DNA of 64,000 nucleotides from Kiritimatiellia bacterium (GTDB lineage: Bacteria; Verrucomicrobiota; Kiritimatiellia; RFP12; UBA1067): the NCBI GenBank assembly GCA_050949565.1, contig JBMNFY010000017.1:128001-192000 (forward strand). The letters are read 5' to 3'. The notes under the pieces were generated by a model. It had not been told where the DNA came from and ran no database searches. It saw only the letters and a list, made by a program, of their open reading frames with translations. Shown here piece after piece: positions 39,174 to 50,103 of the stretch. A program made the translations under genes and the position numbers. Numbering within the stretch: position 1 is the first letter of the stretch; the number at the start of each line of letters is the position of its first letter.

Positions 39174-39755
39174 CTACCGGTTAATCAGTGTCATGAACTC
39201 CTGGCGCGTGGCGGGGTCGTTCCTGAACGACCCCAACACCACGGAGGTCGTCATCACCGAATTTTGTTTTTCGACGCCGCGCATCATCATGCACAGATGG
39301 TGACACTCCATCACCACGCCGACCCCTTCCGCCTGCACCTCCGTCATAACCGACTGGGCGACCTGCTCTGTCAGGCGTTCCTGTATCTGAAGACGGCGCG
39401 CAAAACAGTCGACGATGCGGGCGATCTTGCTGACGCCCATCACCTTGTCCTTGGCGATGTAGCCGACATGGCAACGTCCGTAGAACGGCAGGAGATGATG
39501 TTCACACAGACTATAAACCTCGATGTCACGCACAATGATCATGTGGTTCAAGTACGCTTGGAACACCGCTCCATTGAGCACCTGTCGTGCGGTCTGACCG
39601 TAGCCCTCCGTCAAGAAGGCCAGCGCCTTCGCCACGCGCTCGGGCGTTCGCTGGAGCCCTTCGCGCGCGGGATCCTCGCCGAGTTCCACCAGCAGCTCGC
39701 GCACCAGCGCGGCCACACGGTCGGCATTAATCGTTTTTTTATCGGTCTCAGTCAT
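39174..39755 (-). CDS. folE: GTP cyclohydrolase I
   Basis: [41 protein letters not shown]. Confidence 0.95.
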   Translation of the reverse strand: MTETDKKTINADRVAALVRELLVELGEDPAREGLQRTPERVAKALAFLTEGYGQTARQVLNGAVFQAYLNHMIIVRDIEVYSLCEHHLLPFYGRCHVGYIAKDKVMGVSKIARIVDCFARRLQIQERLTEQVAQSVMTEVQAEGVGVVMECHHLCMMMRGVEKQNSVMTTSVVLGSFRNDPATRQEFMTLINR

Positions 39756-39813
39756 TGTGTGCATCACCACCCACGGCATGCCGTGGGTGGTATGAGTATG
39801 GAAGGTAGTCTGG

Positions 39814-40953
39814 TCAGGCCAGCTCTTTCATGGTCACGACCGGCACGTCCTTGGCCGCAGCCGGTTTCAACTCGGAGAGGTGCTTCGGATCGAACCACCA
39901 GCCCTTCTCAGCATCGAGCGTCCAGATCGCCGGTGCCATCGACAGCACGGTTGCAGCGAAGCCCTGTAACGTTGCGGCGGCATTACCGGTGTGCGACGAA
40001 TTATCGGCCTCGTTCTCAATCACGAACGGGCGGGAGAAGCCTTTGTCCATCAGGATCTTGAAGAAGGCTGTCCAGTCGATGCTGTCCGATCCGCCGTAAC
40101 CCGGCAGCCTCGGCTCGTAATGGTGGCGATCCCACTCGTTCGCCGGCTGACAAACGCCCGCGCGCTTTGCCAGATCGGCATCGACCTGCTGCATCGGATA
40201 GAGACGGCCCCACTGGATCGCGGCCAGGCTCTTCGCGTGGTTGCGCGTGCCCTTGATGTGTACGCGGTGCAGACGCGAGAAATCGGTATTCGCGATGACG
40301 TCCACCGGGTCGATATTCTGCCAAGCATCGTGCGACGGATCATAGGTCTCGCCGTGGGCCTTGCTCGGGATCAGCGCGTACATCAGCTTGCGCGCTGCCA
40401 GCGTGCAGGGCAGGTTGTTGTAGGTTGTGGGCGCCGAAGCCGGCCGCCATCCCTCCATCGGGCAGTTCTCGTAGACCAGTGTCACGCCCAGACTCTCGGC
40501 ATATTTGACAATCGGCGTGAAGACCTTGGCGTACAGATCGAGGTTCTTCGCGAAACCGCCATCCTCTTTTCCGAGTTCATGGTTGTAGCCAACGAACGTA
40601 CCGACACACACGTCATTGGCGTCGCCACCCAACAGATGCGCGATACGGATCAACTTCAGGATGTGATTCTGGTTCGCCTCACGCTCGGCAGGATCGCCCG
40701 CCAGCAAGTTGTCGTAGGCGCCGACCGAAACGCGGATCTCCTTTTTCGCGCAGGTGTCGAGCACGCACTTGGCGTCTTCCAGCGAAAAGGTCTCGTAATC
40801 CAGGTGCGTAGCCACATGGTCGCGGCGCGTGCCGTCGCGCCGGAAGACGCACAGTTCAGCGCCTTGAGCACCGACACGCTTGACACGCTCGACCACCTCG
40901 TCGAACGTGAGTTTCGGAAAAGCGGATGTCATCAGCCAAATCGGATTGTTCAT
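39814..40953 (-). CDS. Sugar-phosphate isomerase/epimerase family TIM barrel (IolE-like)
   Basis: Start MNNPIWL (RBS GAGGAG); YENCPM, YDPSH, VHIKG, RLPG...IDW, VIENE. Confidence 0.8.
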   Translation of the reverse strand: MNNPIWLMTSAFPKLTFDEVVERVKRVGAQGAELCVFRRDGTRRDHVATHLDYETFSLEDAKCVLDTCAKKEIRVSVGAYDNLLAGDPAEREANQNHILKLIRIAHLLGGDANDVCVGTFVGYNHELGKEDGGFAKNLDLYAKVFTPIVKYAESLGVTLVYENCPMEGWRPASAPTTYNNLPCTLAARKLMYALIPSKAHGETYDPSHDAWQNIDPVDVIANTDFSRLHRVHIKGTRNHAKSLAAIQWGRLYPMQQVDADLAKRAGVCQPANEWDRHHYEPRLPGYGGSDSIDWTAFFKILMDKGFSRPFVIENEADNSSHTGNAAATLQGFAATVLSMAPAIWTLDAEKGWWFDPKHLSELKPAAAKDVPVVTMKELA

Positions 40954-41081
40954 ACGTACTTTACTCCTCATGTTTTCTATCCCCCATTGCACGTGCAAAT
41001 AGGATATGAATGAACGGTATGAGCATGATGGTTTTTTTAGGGCGGGTTGTCCAGTACAAAGGGTTTTCAAAAGTTCCCTTA

Positions 41082-41110
41082 TTGACAATGTTCGAACGCC
41101 AAGGCATGAT
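41082..41110 (+). promoter_or_regulatory. Putative sigma70 promoter of serC
   Basis: TTGACA-17 nt-CATGAT. Confidence 0.55.
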
Positions 41111-41183
41111 AAGGAGCGTTTTGACAACCGGGGAAGGCAGCCCTTGAGGGCACACCGGTAGCAAACAGATAAGGAGCAAATGT

Positions 41184-42260
41184 ATGGCACGTGTGTATAA
41201 TTTCGGAGCGGGACCTGCGACTCTGCCGTTAGAGGTTCTGCATGAAGCCCAAGCGGATCTGGTGGACTACAAGGGAGCGGGTATGTCCGTCATGGAGATG
41301 TCGCACCGGGGCAAGGAGTATGATGCAATCCACAACGAGGCGATCGCGAACGTCAAAGAGTTGCTGGGCTTGAATGACGATTACGCGATCCTGTTCCTGC
41401 AGGGCGGCGCGAGTATGCAATTCGCCATGCTACCCCTGAACTTTCTGGGCGAGAGGCAGACCGCCGACTACGTCAACGCCGGCTCTTGGGGCGCGGCGGC
41501 TGTCAAGCAGGCGCGCCTGATCGGCAACGTCAACATCGCGGCCGACTGTCAGAAGGACATCCCCACGCGCATGCCGGAAGCCTCCGAGATGAAATGGACG
41601 CCAGGTGCAGTCTATAGCCACATCACCACCAACGAGACCATCTCTGGCGCTCAGATCAAGGAACTGCCCGAGACCGGTTCGCCGCTGGTCGCCGACATGT
41701 CGTCGGACATCCTTTCCCGTCCGCTGGACTACACCCGCTGCACGATGATCTACGCGGGTGCGCAGAAGAACCTCGGGCCATCCGGTGTCGCGCTGGTCGC
41801 GATCCGCAAGGACTTTGCCGAAACGGGGAACATCTCGCTGCCGGCGATGCTGCGCTACCAGACGCATATCGAGAGCAACTCGCTCTACAACACGCCGCCC
41901 TGCTTCAGCATCTATATGCTCTGCCTGACGACGCGCTGGCTGAAAAAGGTTGGGCTGGAGAATCTCTTCAAGCAGAACCGCGATAAGGCACAGTTGATCT
42001 ACGACGTCATCGACGCATCGAGCTTCTACCGCGGCACCGCCAAGAAAGAGTGCCGCTCCGACATGAACGTCACCTTCCGTCTGCCGACCGAAGAACTGGA
42101 AACGCTCTTCATCAAGCAGGCGTCCGACGCGGGCATGAAGCAACTCAAGGGACATCGTTCCGTGGGCGGCATCCGCGCTTCGATCTACAACGCCTTTCCG
42201 GTCGAAGGTGTCCAAGCGCTGGCCGCCTTCATGAGGGACTTCGAAGCACGCAACGGCTGA
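41184..42260 (+). CDS. serC: Phosphoserine aminotransferase
   Basis: YNFGAGPA, EMSHR, QGGAS, NETISG, YAGAQKNLGP (PLP Lys), SLYNTPP, KGHRSVGGIRASIYNA. Confidence 0.96.
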   Translation: MARVYNFGAGPATLPLEVLHEAQADLVDYKGAGMSVMEMSHRGKEYDAIHNEAIANVKELLGLNDDYAILFLQGGASMQFAMLPLNFLGERQTADYVNAGSWGAAAVKQARLIGNVNIAADCQKDIPTRMPEASEMKWTPGAVYSHITTNETISGAQIKELPETGSPLVADMSSDILSRPLDYTRCTMIYAGAQKNLGPSGVALVAIRKDFAETGNISLPAMLRYQTHIESNSLYNTPPCFSIYMLCLTTRWLKKVGLENLFKQNRDKAQLIYDVIDASSFYRGTAKKECRSDMNVTFRLPTEELETLFIKQASDAGMKQLKGHRSVGGIRASIYNAFPVEGVQALAAFMRDFEARNG

Positions 42261-42264
42261 TCTG

Positions 42265-42570
42265 ATTACTGCACTTAGTCGGTTACACTTCGTCGCGTAC
42301 ACTTCGTCCAAAACTTTTCGTCGAAACTCTTCGTCGCGTACACTTCGTCGCTGGTACAATCGACCAAGTGTTGAGATTAAGTGTGTCTCCGCGCACAGCA
42401 CGGAGAGAAAGCAGTGCCGCGACCCGCGCACAGCGCGGCTCTTGTCACCGCACTCCAGATTTCGCAGTGCTCTGCGAGGGAACCTGAGACCAACCTTCCG
42501 CGCAGCGGAAGGCGGCTCGTGGGGACACTCGCCCTTCAACCTTCGCGTCTTCGCGCCGTCGCTTGAAACA
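42265..42570. repeat. Mosaic REP cluster (reverse-oriented copies of the modules at 3170-3330 and 10686-10780)
   Basis: ACACTTCGTC units, AAAGCAGTGCCGCGACCCGCG...CCGCACTCCA, CGGCTCGTGGGGACACTCGCCCT. Confidence 0.8.
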
Positions 42571-42710
42571 ACCGAGCAGCGCTTTTACTCTCAAGATTGC
42601 GAGCCACTACGTGGTCGCAATAGGAGATGTTGACTCGCGCCCCGCGACATGCGACTTGCGGCCAGCCCAGCTCTCCAAAAAATCTGTGCTAATCTGTGGA
42701 TAAAAAACGC

Positions 42711-43643
42711 TCAATTTTCAGCGGGCAGGGACGGCCGTTGCTTCTCGCCCACCACGCGATGCGCCACACGCTGCAACACCTTGGCATCTGCGGCTGACAC
42801 ACCTTTGGGCACGAAGGTGTTGCCGACCACGCTCTCGCCGTAAAAGAACTCGAACCAGACACAGCCCAGCAGATACTCGCCCTGCGCGTTCGCGTGAAAC
42901 TTGTCGGCCCCCAACCGGAATGTGCCGCTCTTGGGATCTTTGCGCCAACTGTAACCGCAGTGTAGCGCACGCTTCTCGGCCGGCAACGTAGGATAAACTG
43001 CCGTCTTGGGATCAAATGCCGGATCGGGCACGAACGGCCCCCATGCCGGATCACGCCGTGCTGCCTCCATCGCATCGCCGCTCGGAATCAACCGGAACCC
43101 CTTAGCCTGACCAAACGCATCGTAAGCCGTGCGCACCTTGCGGTACATGTCATCCGTCGAAACGAATCTTTTTGTCCCGCCGACCGGGTGGTCATCGCGA
43201 TAGGCCCAGGTCTGATGCACCACGATCTCGGCATCCGGCGCGTATTTGCGGATGATCGCAATCAGCCGGTCAGCCCCCGGCTGGTAACTTTCTGGAATCG
43301 GTGCTTTGTGGCTCACCTGCTGGATGGTCACGTACGCCCACTTCTCTTGCTGCAACAGTTCCTGCAAGCTCTTCTTGCCGGCGTAAGGGCGTCCCTGAGG
43401 ATCGGCGGGATCCTTTTCAAAAGCCTCCGCATGCCGCACGTGGCGGTCGAAATCGCATCCGCCGATCATGGCGTGCCCCACTATTGCTTCATGACCTGCC
43501 GCCGTCACAATCTCCTTGAAGTACCGCAGCGCGTTGTTTGAAAAGCTGTTGCCGACTGCCAACAGCTTCACGCTCTTGGCGTCAGCCGTCCCACAGACCA
43601 ACCCCACCAACACTGCAATCACCGCTATGCCATATCGTCGCAT
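42711..43643 (-). CDS. Secreted DUF4886 / SGNH-like protein
   Basis: Signal peptide; LLAVGNSFS, WAYVTIQQVS, HQTWAY, IPSG, DKFHAN. Confidence 0.75.
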   Translation of the reverse strand: MRRYGIAVIAVLVGLVCGTADAKSVKLLAVGNSFSNNALRYFKEIVTAAGHEAIVGHAMIGGCDFDRHVRHAEAFEKDPADPQGRPYAGKKSLQELLQQEKWAYVTIQQVSHKAPIPESYQPGADRLIAIIRKYAPDAEIVVHQTWAYRDDHPVGGTKRFVSTDDMYRKVRTAYDAFGQAKGFRLIPSGDAMEAARRDPAWGPFVPDPAFDPKTAVYPTLPAEKRALHCGYSWRKDPKSGTFRLGADKFHANAQGEYLLGCVWFEFFYGESVVGNTFVPKGVSAADAKVLQRVAHRVVGEKQRPSLPAEN

Positions 43644-43672
43644 CGTCCCCATCCCTCCGTTTTTAGCGCATC

Positions 43673-45994
43673 TCAAGTGAGGTTGCGCTTGGCCGCTGCC
43701 ATCATCTGCCGCATCAATGCGCGCCGGTCCTGCCAAGTATCGCGCAACGAGCCGATCCGGATTCGCTGACGGAACTGGTCGAGTTTCATCCGCGCCACGG
43801 GTGTGACGCGCACGCGGACAGGCCGTCCCGGCTCGAGGCAAAAGAAGTTGTCATCGTACCACGCATCCAGGCCACCCAGCGAGATCCAGACCCAGAGCGC
43901 CGGGTGACGGCTCGTGAGAATCACGGCAAAGCTGTTGTCATCCCACACGCGGATCTCAGCCCGTATCCGCGGCGACTGCGAATTCAATTCGCGCCACGCA
44001 CAGAAAGGCACGACCTGCCACGCCACAGGATTGCCCTGCTCGTCGGCCAGGTAGAGCCAGAGCAAAAGATTGGCCGCACCGTGCTTACGCAGCGTCTCGC
44101 CGACTTTGACCGTCACCGGCTTCGTACGTGAAGTCGCCTTGAGCGTGACTTTTTTGGTGCCTTCGAGAACCGTGGAGCCTTCCATTTGCGTCATGCGCCA
44201 CTGCACCTCACCCTTGAAAGGCTTGGCGCCATCATTGAAAGCGAACACCTCCACCGTCGCCCCCTGACGACGCCCTGCAAGGGTCAACGGGGCAAAAAAG
44301 CGACGTGCCGCAAAGTGTAGGGCCTTCCACCGACCGCCTGCGTCCACCGACGAGCAACTCGCCGTGGGCCAGCAGTCATTGAGATGCCAAAAGATCGCCC
44401 CGCCCTGTCCGTCATCCGTCTCGCAACGCCCACGCATGACCTGCTGCTCGACGGCCAGCGCCTGCTGGATTTGGCTCAGCCACAGTGTGTTTTCAAAACC
44501 GAACGGCATCAGGAACTCATCCACGCAGGTAGCGAAAATGCGCTTGGCACCGTCCGCCGGCGACATGTGAAACAGGCTGGTGGGATGCGACACATTACGT
44601 TCGGGCTCGCTGAGATAAGCGGCTGCGGCGCGCGGCTCAGGAAATGCGGGGAGGCTTTGAAAGTCCGGGCACCCGCCCATAGAAAACGGATCGTGCGCTA
44701 TCGGTGGCAGGCATGGCCGACTGGAATCCTCGCGCTTCACCGCTTCCTCGACCGTCTTAACATACGCGGCGTGTATACCCTTCCCGCCGTCATCCCCACA
44801 GCACCACATCACCACCGCGGGATGGTGGTGCAGTCGCTGGATCACACCGGCCACCTCACGCGCACAGGCAGCAAGCGTCTCGTCGTCCGGCTTTTCCGAC
44901 TGCGCCTCGCAGAGCATCATGTCTTGCCAAACGCAGACACCGTATTCATCACACAAATCGTAAAAGGCTTCATTCTCATAGATACCGCCGCCCCAAACGC
45001 GCAGGCAGTTCATGTTGCCGACCGCCGCCGCCTTGACGAGGCGCGCATACTCCACGCGCGTCAGGCGCGCAACGTAAAGGTCGGCCGGCATCCAACTCGC
45101 GCCTTTCAGAAACATCGGCATCCCATTGATGAAAAAGCGCCGCACGACCTCGCCCCGCACTTTCTTTTCTTCCATGCGGAAGTCGCGCAACCCGATACGT
45201 CTCGGGATGTGCTCGTGGCATGTGCGTCCCGTCAGCACATCGACCGTGACCTCATATAACGGCTGATCACCCATGCCGACCGGCCACCAAAGCTGTGGGT
45301 TTTTGACCGGAACATTCAACGACAGACGGTCCACATTTAGAATGTCTCGCGCCTCGTGAAGGATATTGCCCTTGTAGCAGACACGGACCAAAACCTCAAG
45401 GTGCATCTCAGGACGGAAGCGCTCCGCTTCCACCGCCACAGTCAGGCCGACCTCCCCCGTAACGGAGTGATCTTGCAGAATGGTCACTTGATGCACACGC
45501 ACGTTGGAGAACGCCATCACGGAGACATCGCCACAGATTCCGACCGTCTCCGATTTGGGCTGCCAAAGGCCGAGCGATGACGACACTTGGCGACGCAAGG
45601 GTTGGTCTGTAGCGGCTGCAAACACCACGGTCAGCTTGTTTTTACCGGGCTTGATGATCGTCTTCACATCGTACTCCAGCGGCTCGAAAGCACTCGCCGA
45701 ACATCCAAGCTCCGTATCGTTAAGCGACACCACCGCGCGCCCGTCAAGCCCTTCAAACCGCAGCACCACGCTGTCGTAGTCCGAAAAATCCTCAGACACG
45801 AAAACTTTTTCGTAAACCCACGCGCTTTCGCACACGCGCGACATGTTCTCAAGCGCCATGCCCGGAATCGGGTCTTCAATCTCTTGCGCTGTCAGAAGGT
45901 CAGCGTGTATACAGCCCGGCACCAACGCCGACAGGCTCTTCTTCGAACCTTCCTTTCGCACACTCCAGTCGCCTGTCAAATCAATTCGTCTCAT
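43673..45994 (-). CDS. GH2 beta-mannosidase-like protein, catalytic motifs degenerate
   Basis: VPGCIH, LRFEGLD, LWWPVGMGDQPLY, KGASWMP, LRVWGGGIYE, FYDLCDEYG, WHLNDCWP are present, but WCGNNE and SEFG are absent. Confidence 0.85.
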   Translation of the reverse strand: MRRIDLTGDWSVRKEGSKKSLSALVPGCIHADLLTAQEIEDPIPGMALENMSRVCESAWVYEKVFVSEDFSDYDSVVLRFEGLDGRAVVSLNDTELGCSASAFEPLEYDVKTIIKPGKNKLTVVFAAATDQPLRRQVSSSLGLWQPKSETVGICGDVSVMAFSNVRVHQVTILQDHSVTGEVGLTVAVEAERFRPEMHLEVLVRVCYKGNILHEARDILNVDRLSLNVPVKNPQLWWPVGMGDQPLYEVTVDVLTGRTCHEHIPRRIGLRDFRMEEKKVRGEVVRRFFINGMPMFLKGASWMPADLYVARLTRVEYARLVKAAAVGNMNCLRVWGGGIYENEAFYDLCDEYGVCVWQDMMLCEAQSEKPDDETLAACAREVAGVIQRLHHHPAVVMWCCGDDGGKGIHAAYVKTVEEAVKREDSSRPCLPPIAHDPFSMGGCPDFQSLPAFPEPRAAAAYLSEPERNVSHPTSLFHMSPADGAKRIFATCVDEFLMPFGFENTLWLSQIQQALAVEQQVMRGRCETDDGQGGAIFWHLNDCWPTASCSSVDAGGRWKALHFAARRFFAPLTLAGRRQGATVEVFAFNDGAKPFKGEVQWRMTQMEGSTVLEGTKKVTLKATSRTKPVTVKVGETLRKHGAANLLLWLYLADEQGNPVAWQVVPFCAWRELNSQSPRIRAEIRVWDDNSFAVILTSRHPALWVWISLGGLDAWYDDNFFCLEPGRPVRVRVTPVARMKLDQFRQRIRIGSLRDTWQDRRALMRQMMAAAKRNLT

Positions 45995-46124
45995 CGCACC
46001 ATCCCATCTGTGCCACATTTGATACTCATAGGTGCATTGTCGCAGACCCCATTGCTAAAGTCAATCCATCAACCAAAACCAGATTGCGGTGGATATTTCG
46101 AAACGAGAGCGGTATCATGCAAAC

Positions 46125-46694
46125 ATGAATCTGACAGAAAAGACACTTGGCACGCGGCGTGTGTTTGAAGGGCGTGCACTGGTCATTGATGTGGTGGACA
46201 TCGAGCTTCCTGATGGACGGCGGTCGATACGCGAGATTGTACGGCATCGTGGTGCCGCCGTCGTCTTGGGCCAGCGCCCGGACGGTTGCTATGTGCTGGT
46301 CCGACAATACCGCAAGGCCATCGAACAGGCGTTGCTGGAAGTGGTAGCGGGCGGCCTAGAGGAAGGTGAAGATCCCGACACGGCTGCACGACGCGAAATG
46401 GAGGAGGAGAGCGGATACGAAGTGATCTCGCTGAAAAAAATCGGGATGATTGTTCCGTGTCCCGGTTATTCGGAAGAGCACCTGCATCTGTACTACGCGC
46501 GCCTTTCGCAAGAGCCGCGCACACAACGTCTGGATTCCGATGAAAACCTCGAACCTGTAGTAATGACCGCTGAAGCGCTTGACGCGGCCTTGGACGCAGG
46601 TGAGTTGATCGATGGCAAAAGTGTTGCGATCTGGCTGATGTGGCGTCGCATGTGCGCGATGGAAGACGGAGCACAAGAGGTTAGGGCGGAATGA
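46125..46694 (+). CDS. NUDIX hydrolase (ADP-ribose pyrophosphatase, NudF-like)
   Basis: Nudix box GGLEEGEDPDTAARREMEEESGY; REIVRH, VRQYR. Confidence 0.9.
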   Translation: MNLTEKTLGTRRVFEGRALVIDVVDIELPDGRRSIREIVRHRGAAVVLGQRPDGCYVLVRQYRKAIEQALLEVVAGGLEEGEDPDTAARREMEEESGYEVISLKKIGMIVPCPGYSEEHLHLYYARLSQEPRTQRLDSDENLEPVVMTAEALDAALDAGELIDGKSVAIWLMWRRMCAMEDGAQEVRAE

Positions 46695-47806
46695 ATACGA
46701 CGCGCTCACCCCTACTCACGTTGGCGTTGCTCGCCATGGTTCTGTTTCTGGTGTTTCAACTCCGCGAAGCACGACACATGCGTGTCGTACAGAAGACGTC
46801 TCCGACCGCTGACGCGCGCACCGAGCCGTCCAGCCGGAGCAACCGCGAAACCGAGGCTACCCTTGTCTACAAGCGTGTCTCGCCCTCGGTGGTCGCGGTC
46901 GCTAACAACGCATTGGTGCGGCGCGGATTCTTCTTCGATTTCCAAATTTACGAGGTGCCGCAAGGCGCTGGGTCCGGCTTCGTATGGGACAAGAAGGGAC
47001 ATATCGTCAGCAACTACCACGTAGTACATCAGGCCAACAGGCTGACCGTCACCTTCCCGGACGGCACGCAGTACGACGCGAAATTGGTGGGCATCGCACC
47101 AGACTATGACTTGGCCGTACTCAAAATTGATGCGCCGCCCGACCGGCTCGTGCCTGTGGAAGTGGTGGCATCGCGCGACCTTGAGGTCGGCCAGCAGGTC
47201 TACGCCATCGGCAATCCCTTCGGTCTCGACACCACCCTCTCCTCCGGTATTGTCAGCGCATTGGGGCGCACCATCACTTCGATGACCGACCGTAAGATCC
47301 ACGACGTGATCCAGACCGATGCGGCGATCAACCCCGGCAATTCGGGCGGGCCGCTACTCGCCTGCTGCGGGCGGCTGATCGGCGTCAACACCGCGATCCT
47401 GAGTCCGAGCGGCGCCTACGCCGGAATTGGGTTCGCGGTGCCGTCCGATACCGTTTCGCGTGTCGTGCCGCAACTGATCGAAAAAGGGCGGGTCACGCGG
47501 GCGGGACTCGGCGTCCGGCTCCTGCCCGATCACGTCACCGCACGCGCGGGCCTGAGAGGTGTTGCGGTCTACGCGGTGTTTGAGCAGACCCCCGCCGCAC
47601 ACGCGGGCCTCGCGGGTGTCGGGCTCAACCGTTTCGGCGAATTGGTTTTCGGCGACATCATCGTCGCGGTGGACGGGCAGGCCGTCACGACGATCGAGGA
47701 TGTGCAGGCCATACTGGATCCGCGCCAGCCTGGCGACAGCGTGGAACTCACGGTCGCGCGCGCGGGCAAATCGCGCAAGATCACCCTCACGTTAATTGAG
47801 GAATAG
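46691..47806 (+). CDS. HtrA/DegP-family trypsin-like serine protease with PDZ domain
   Basis: GSGF, SNYHVV, DLAVL, QTDAAINPGNSGGPL, C-terminal PDZ GDIIVAVDG. Confidence 0.92.
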   Translation: MNTTRSPLLTLALLAMVLFLVFQLREARHMRVVQKTSPTADARTEPSSRSNRETEATLVYKRVSPSVVAVANNALVRRGFFFDFQIYEVPQGAGSGFVWDKKGHIVSNYHVVHQANRLTVTFPDGTQYDAKLVGIAPDYDLAVLKIDAPPDRLVPVEVVASRDLEVGQQVYAIGNPFGLDTTLSSGIVSALGRTITSMTDRKIHDVIQTDAAINPGNSGGPLLACCGRLIGVNTAILSPSGAYAGIGFAVPSDTVSRVVPQLIEKGRVTRAGLGVRLLPDHVTARAGLRGVAVYAVFEQTPAAHAGLAGVGLNRFGELVFGDIIVAVDGQAVTTIEDVQAILDPRQPGDSVELTVARAGKSRKITLTLIEE

Positions 47807-47934
47807 ACGGAATACTCGAAAAGGCACAGCACTGCTTTCATTCTCACGGTTGCGGGCCACTGCGTGGTCGCAACAAGAGATGTTGACCGGCGACGTTCGA
47901 CCCGCGACCTGCAGTTGGAGCAGCCTCCCCAAAA

Positions 47935-48215
47935 ACCTTGTGGCATGGGCGTCCCGCCCATGGAACACGGGCAAGATGCCCGTGCCACACCTCTGCGTCT
48001 CCGCGTCTCTGCGTTAAACAAGCCCGAACCATGAAACACATGAAACTTCATGAAAATCAGTGCCCTCCTTTTCGTGTGTTCCGTGTGTTTCGTGGTAAAA
48101 AAACCGAGCAGCCCCCAAAAAACTTCGTGCTCTTCGTGTCTTCGTGGTGAAATAAACCCGAGCCGTGCCACCCCAAAAAACTCTTACTTATTACCTCTTA
48201 CCTACTACCTATCCC
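47935..48215. repeat. Mosaic repeat cluster (REP doublet, 8-9-mer blocks, CTTACYT heptamers)
   Basis: Modules shared with 15553, 20423, 3061 and 12470. Confidence 0.8.
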
Positions 48216-48216
48216 C

Positions 48217-48750
48217 CTACCATTCCACGCCGGGCTGGGCGGGGCACCCCTGCTCGTAGGCATGTTTCTCGCAGCTCACGATACAGACGGTGTCGGCCAG
48301 TTCGAGCAGTTCCGGCGGGGCGTCACGTCCGGTCAACACCACGACCGTTCCGGGCGCGGCCTCCGCGAGCACTCCGACAACCGCCTGCGCATCCAGCAGC
48401 CCGAGCGAAACCGCACCGCACACCTCATCGAGCACTACCATACCGCAAGCAGGATCGCATAACCGTTCGGCGGCTTGCGCCAACCCTGCGCGTGCGGCCT
48501 GCGCATGTGCTTCGAACGCCTCTCCCGTGCATTCCCGCACGAAGCCTTTGCCACAGACGAGATGCTCCACGCCGGGGAGCAGACGTAACGCTTGCGCCTC
48601 TCCGGTGTCCGTGCATTGTTTGATGAACTGCACCACGCAGACGCGCAGACCGTGGCCCACGGCACGCAACACCATGCCCAGCGCCGAGGTGGTTTTACCC
48701 TTGCCGTCGCCGGTCAACAAGATCACGCGGTTTGTGTGGTGTGGGCCCAT
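48217..48750 (-). CDS. cobO: Cob(I)alamin adenosyltransferase (CobO/BtuR)
   Basis: LTGDGKGKTTSALG, VVQFIK, TGE, VVLDE, VLTGR, KHAYEQG...GVEW. Confidence 0.92.
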   Translation of the reverse strand: MGPHHTNRVILLTGDGKGKTTSALGMVLRAVGHGLRVCVVQFIKQCTDTGEAQALRLLPGVEHLVCGKGFVRECTGEAFEAHAQAARAGLAQAAERLCDPACGMVVLDEVCGAVSLGLLDAQAVVGVLAEAAPGTVVVLTGRDAPPELLELADTVCIVSCEKHAYEQGCPAQPGVEW

Positions 48751-48918
48751 CGTTTTTCTGAGCACTTGGAACAACGCTCCAATTATGATAAAGATAGTGG
48801 GGTTTTCGGCAGGGACAGGAATAGCCCCGGCCGGCACCCATTCACTGTAACATGACAATATCGTATCGATTTAGCGTCTGCCCGTCACGAACGGATTTAT
48901 GGAGGACCGCGCACCGCG

Positions 48919-50073
48919 ATGCAGAGTAACCATACACTGCTCTTCGACGCCCGCGCGGCGACCCGCGACTTTCCAGGTATCAACCGTTACATCCGCGAAC
49001 TGCTGGCCGCTTTGTTGCCGGAGTTGCAGCCGGATGAACGGCTACATGTGATCCTGCCCAAAGAGACGGAAATCCCGTGCCTGGATCATCCGAGCGTGAC
49101 GATCCACCGTGTCGACGCGGACCCCACCACCTTCCGCAGCCACTGGCAAACGTTTCGGCTGGTGCGTGCGGTCCGGCCGCAGGTCATTCATGCCCCCTAC
49201 CTCCTGACCCCGCTGCGTGTGCCCGGCAAACTGGTGCTGACGGTGCATGACGTCATTCCGCTCTCGCACCCGCAATACAGCTCTCTGGCGACCCGCCTGT
49301 TCTGGCGTCTGGCGGGGCGGCGCGCACTGCGCCATTGCCGCAAACTGATCGGTGTTTCCGAAGACGCACTGAAAACCTGCGCCCGCTTCTTCGGCACCCG
49401 TGCCGTACGGCGCAGCGTGGTGATCCGCCACGGGGTCTCCCCCGCTTTCCAGCCGCAGCCCAAAGAGGCCGTTGAGACAGTCCGGCAAGCCTATGGCCTG
49501 CCCGAACGCTTTCTGTTGTATGTCGGTTCCGACCGGCCCTACAAGAACGTGACCACTCTGCTGCATGCTCTGGCGCTGATGGACCCGACCGCCTCAATGC
49601 CGTTGGCGCTGGCCGGCTTCGACAGCGACAATAGCCCGCTGCGGCGGGAGGCCGAGGAACTGGGGTTGGGACAGCGTGTGCTGTGGCTAGGGTGGGTCCC
49701 CGAGGCTGACCTGCCGGCACTCTACAGTGCAGCGCACGCGCTGCTCTTCCCGAGCTTAGTCGAGGGATTCGGCTTCCCGGTATTGGAAGCCATGGCCTGC
49801 GGCACGCCGGTCGTCTGCTCCGCGCTCGGGGTACACAAAGAGATCACGGACGGAGCCGCGAAGCTGGTACACCCGATTGACCGCCAGGAGTGGCGTCGCG
49901 CGATCCACGCCGCCATCATTTCGCTCGACTGGCACGATGCCTACCGGGATAAAGGATTGGCGCGCGCCGCCCGCTTTTCGTGGACTGAAACCGCGCGCGC
50001 AACGCTGGAGATTTACCGCCAGCTTTATCCCAAACCATTCCCGCACTCGACAAACCCGCCCCCTGCCGAGTAA
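48919..50073 (+). CDS. GT4 glycosyltransferase
   Basis: GINRY, TVHD, YVGS.RPYKN, FPSLVEGFGFPVLEAMACGTPVV, RFSW. Confidence 0.9.
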   Translation: MQSNHTLLFDARAATRDFPGINRYIRELLAALLPELQPDERLHVILPKETEIPCLDHPSVTIHRVDADPTTFRSHWQTFRLVRAVRPQVIHAPYLLTPLRVPGKLVLTVHDVIPLSHPQYSSLATRLFWRLAGRRALRHCRKLIGVSEDALKTCARFFGTRAVRRSVVIRHGVSPAFQPQPKEAVETVRQAYGLPERFLLYVGSDRPYKNVTTLLHALALMDPTASMPLALAGFDSDNSPLRREAEELGLGQRVLWLGWVPEADLPALYSAAHALLFPSLVEGFGFPVLEAMACGTPVVCSALGVHKEITDGAAKLVHPIDRQEWRRAIHAAIISLDWHDAYRDKGLARAARFSWTETARATLEIYRQLYPKPFPHSTNPPPAE

Positions 50074-50103
50074 ACTGGGCACCTTTATTGGAGTAAGACC
50101 ACT

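Noticed and set aside
41125-41160. SRP RNA or a known riboswitch in the serC leader
   Set aside because: There is only a superficial GGAAG.CAGC similarity; the region is too short and lacks the conserved helix context.
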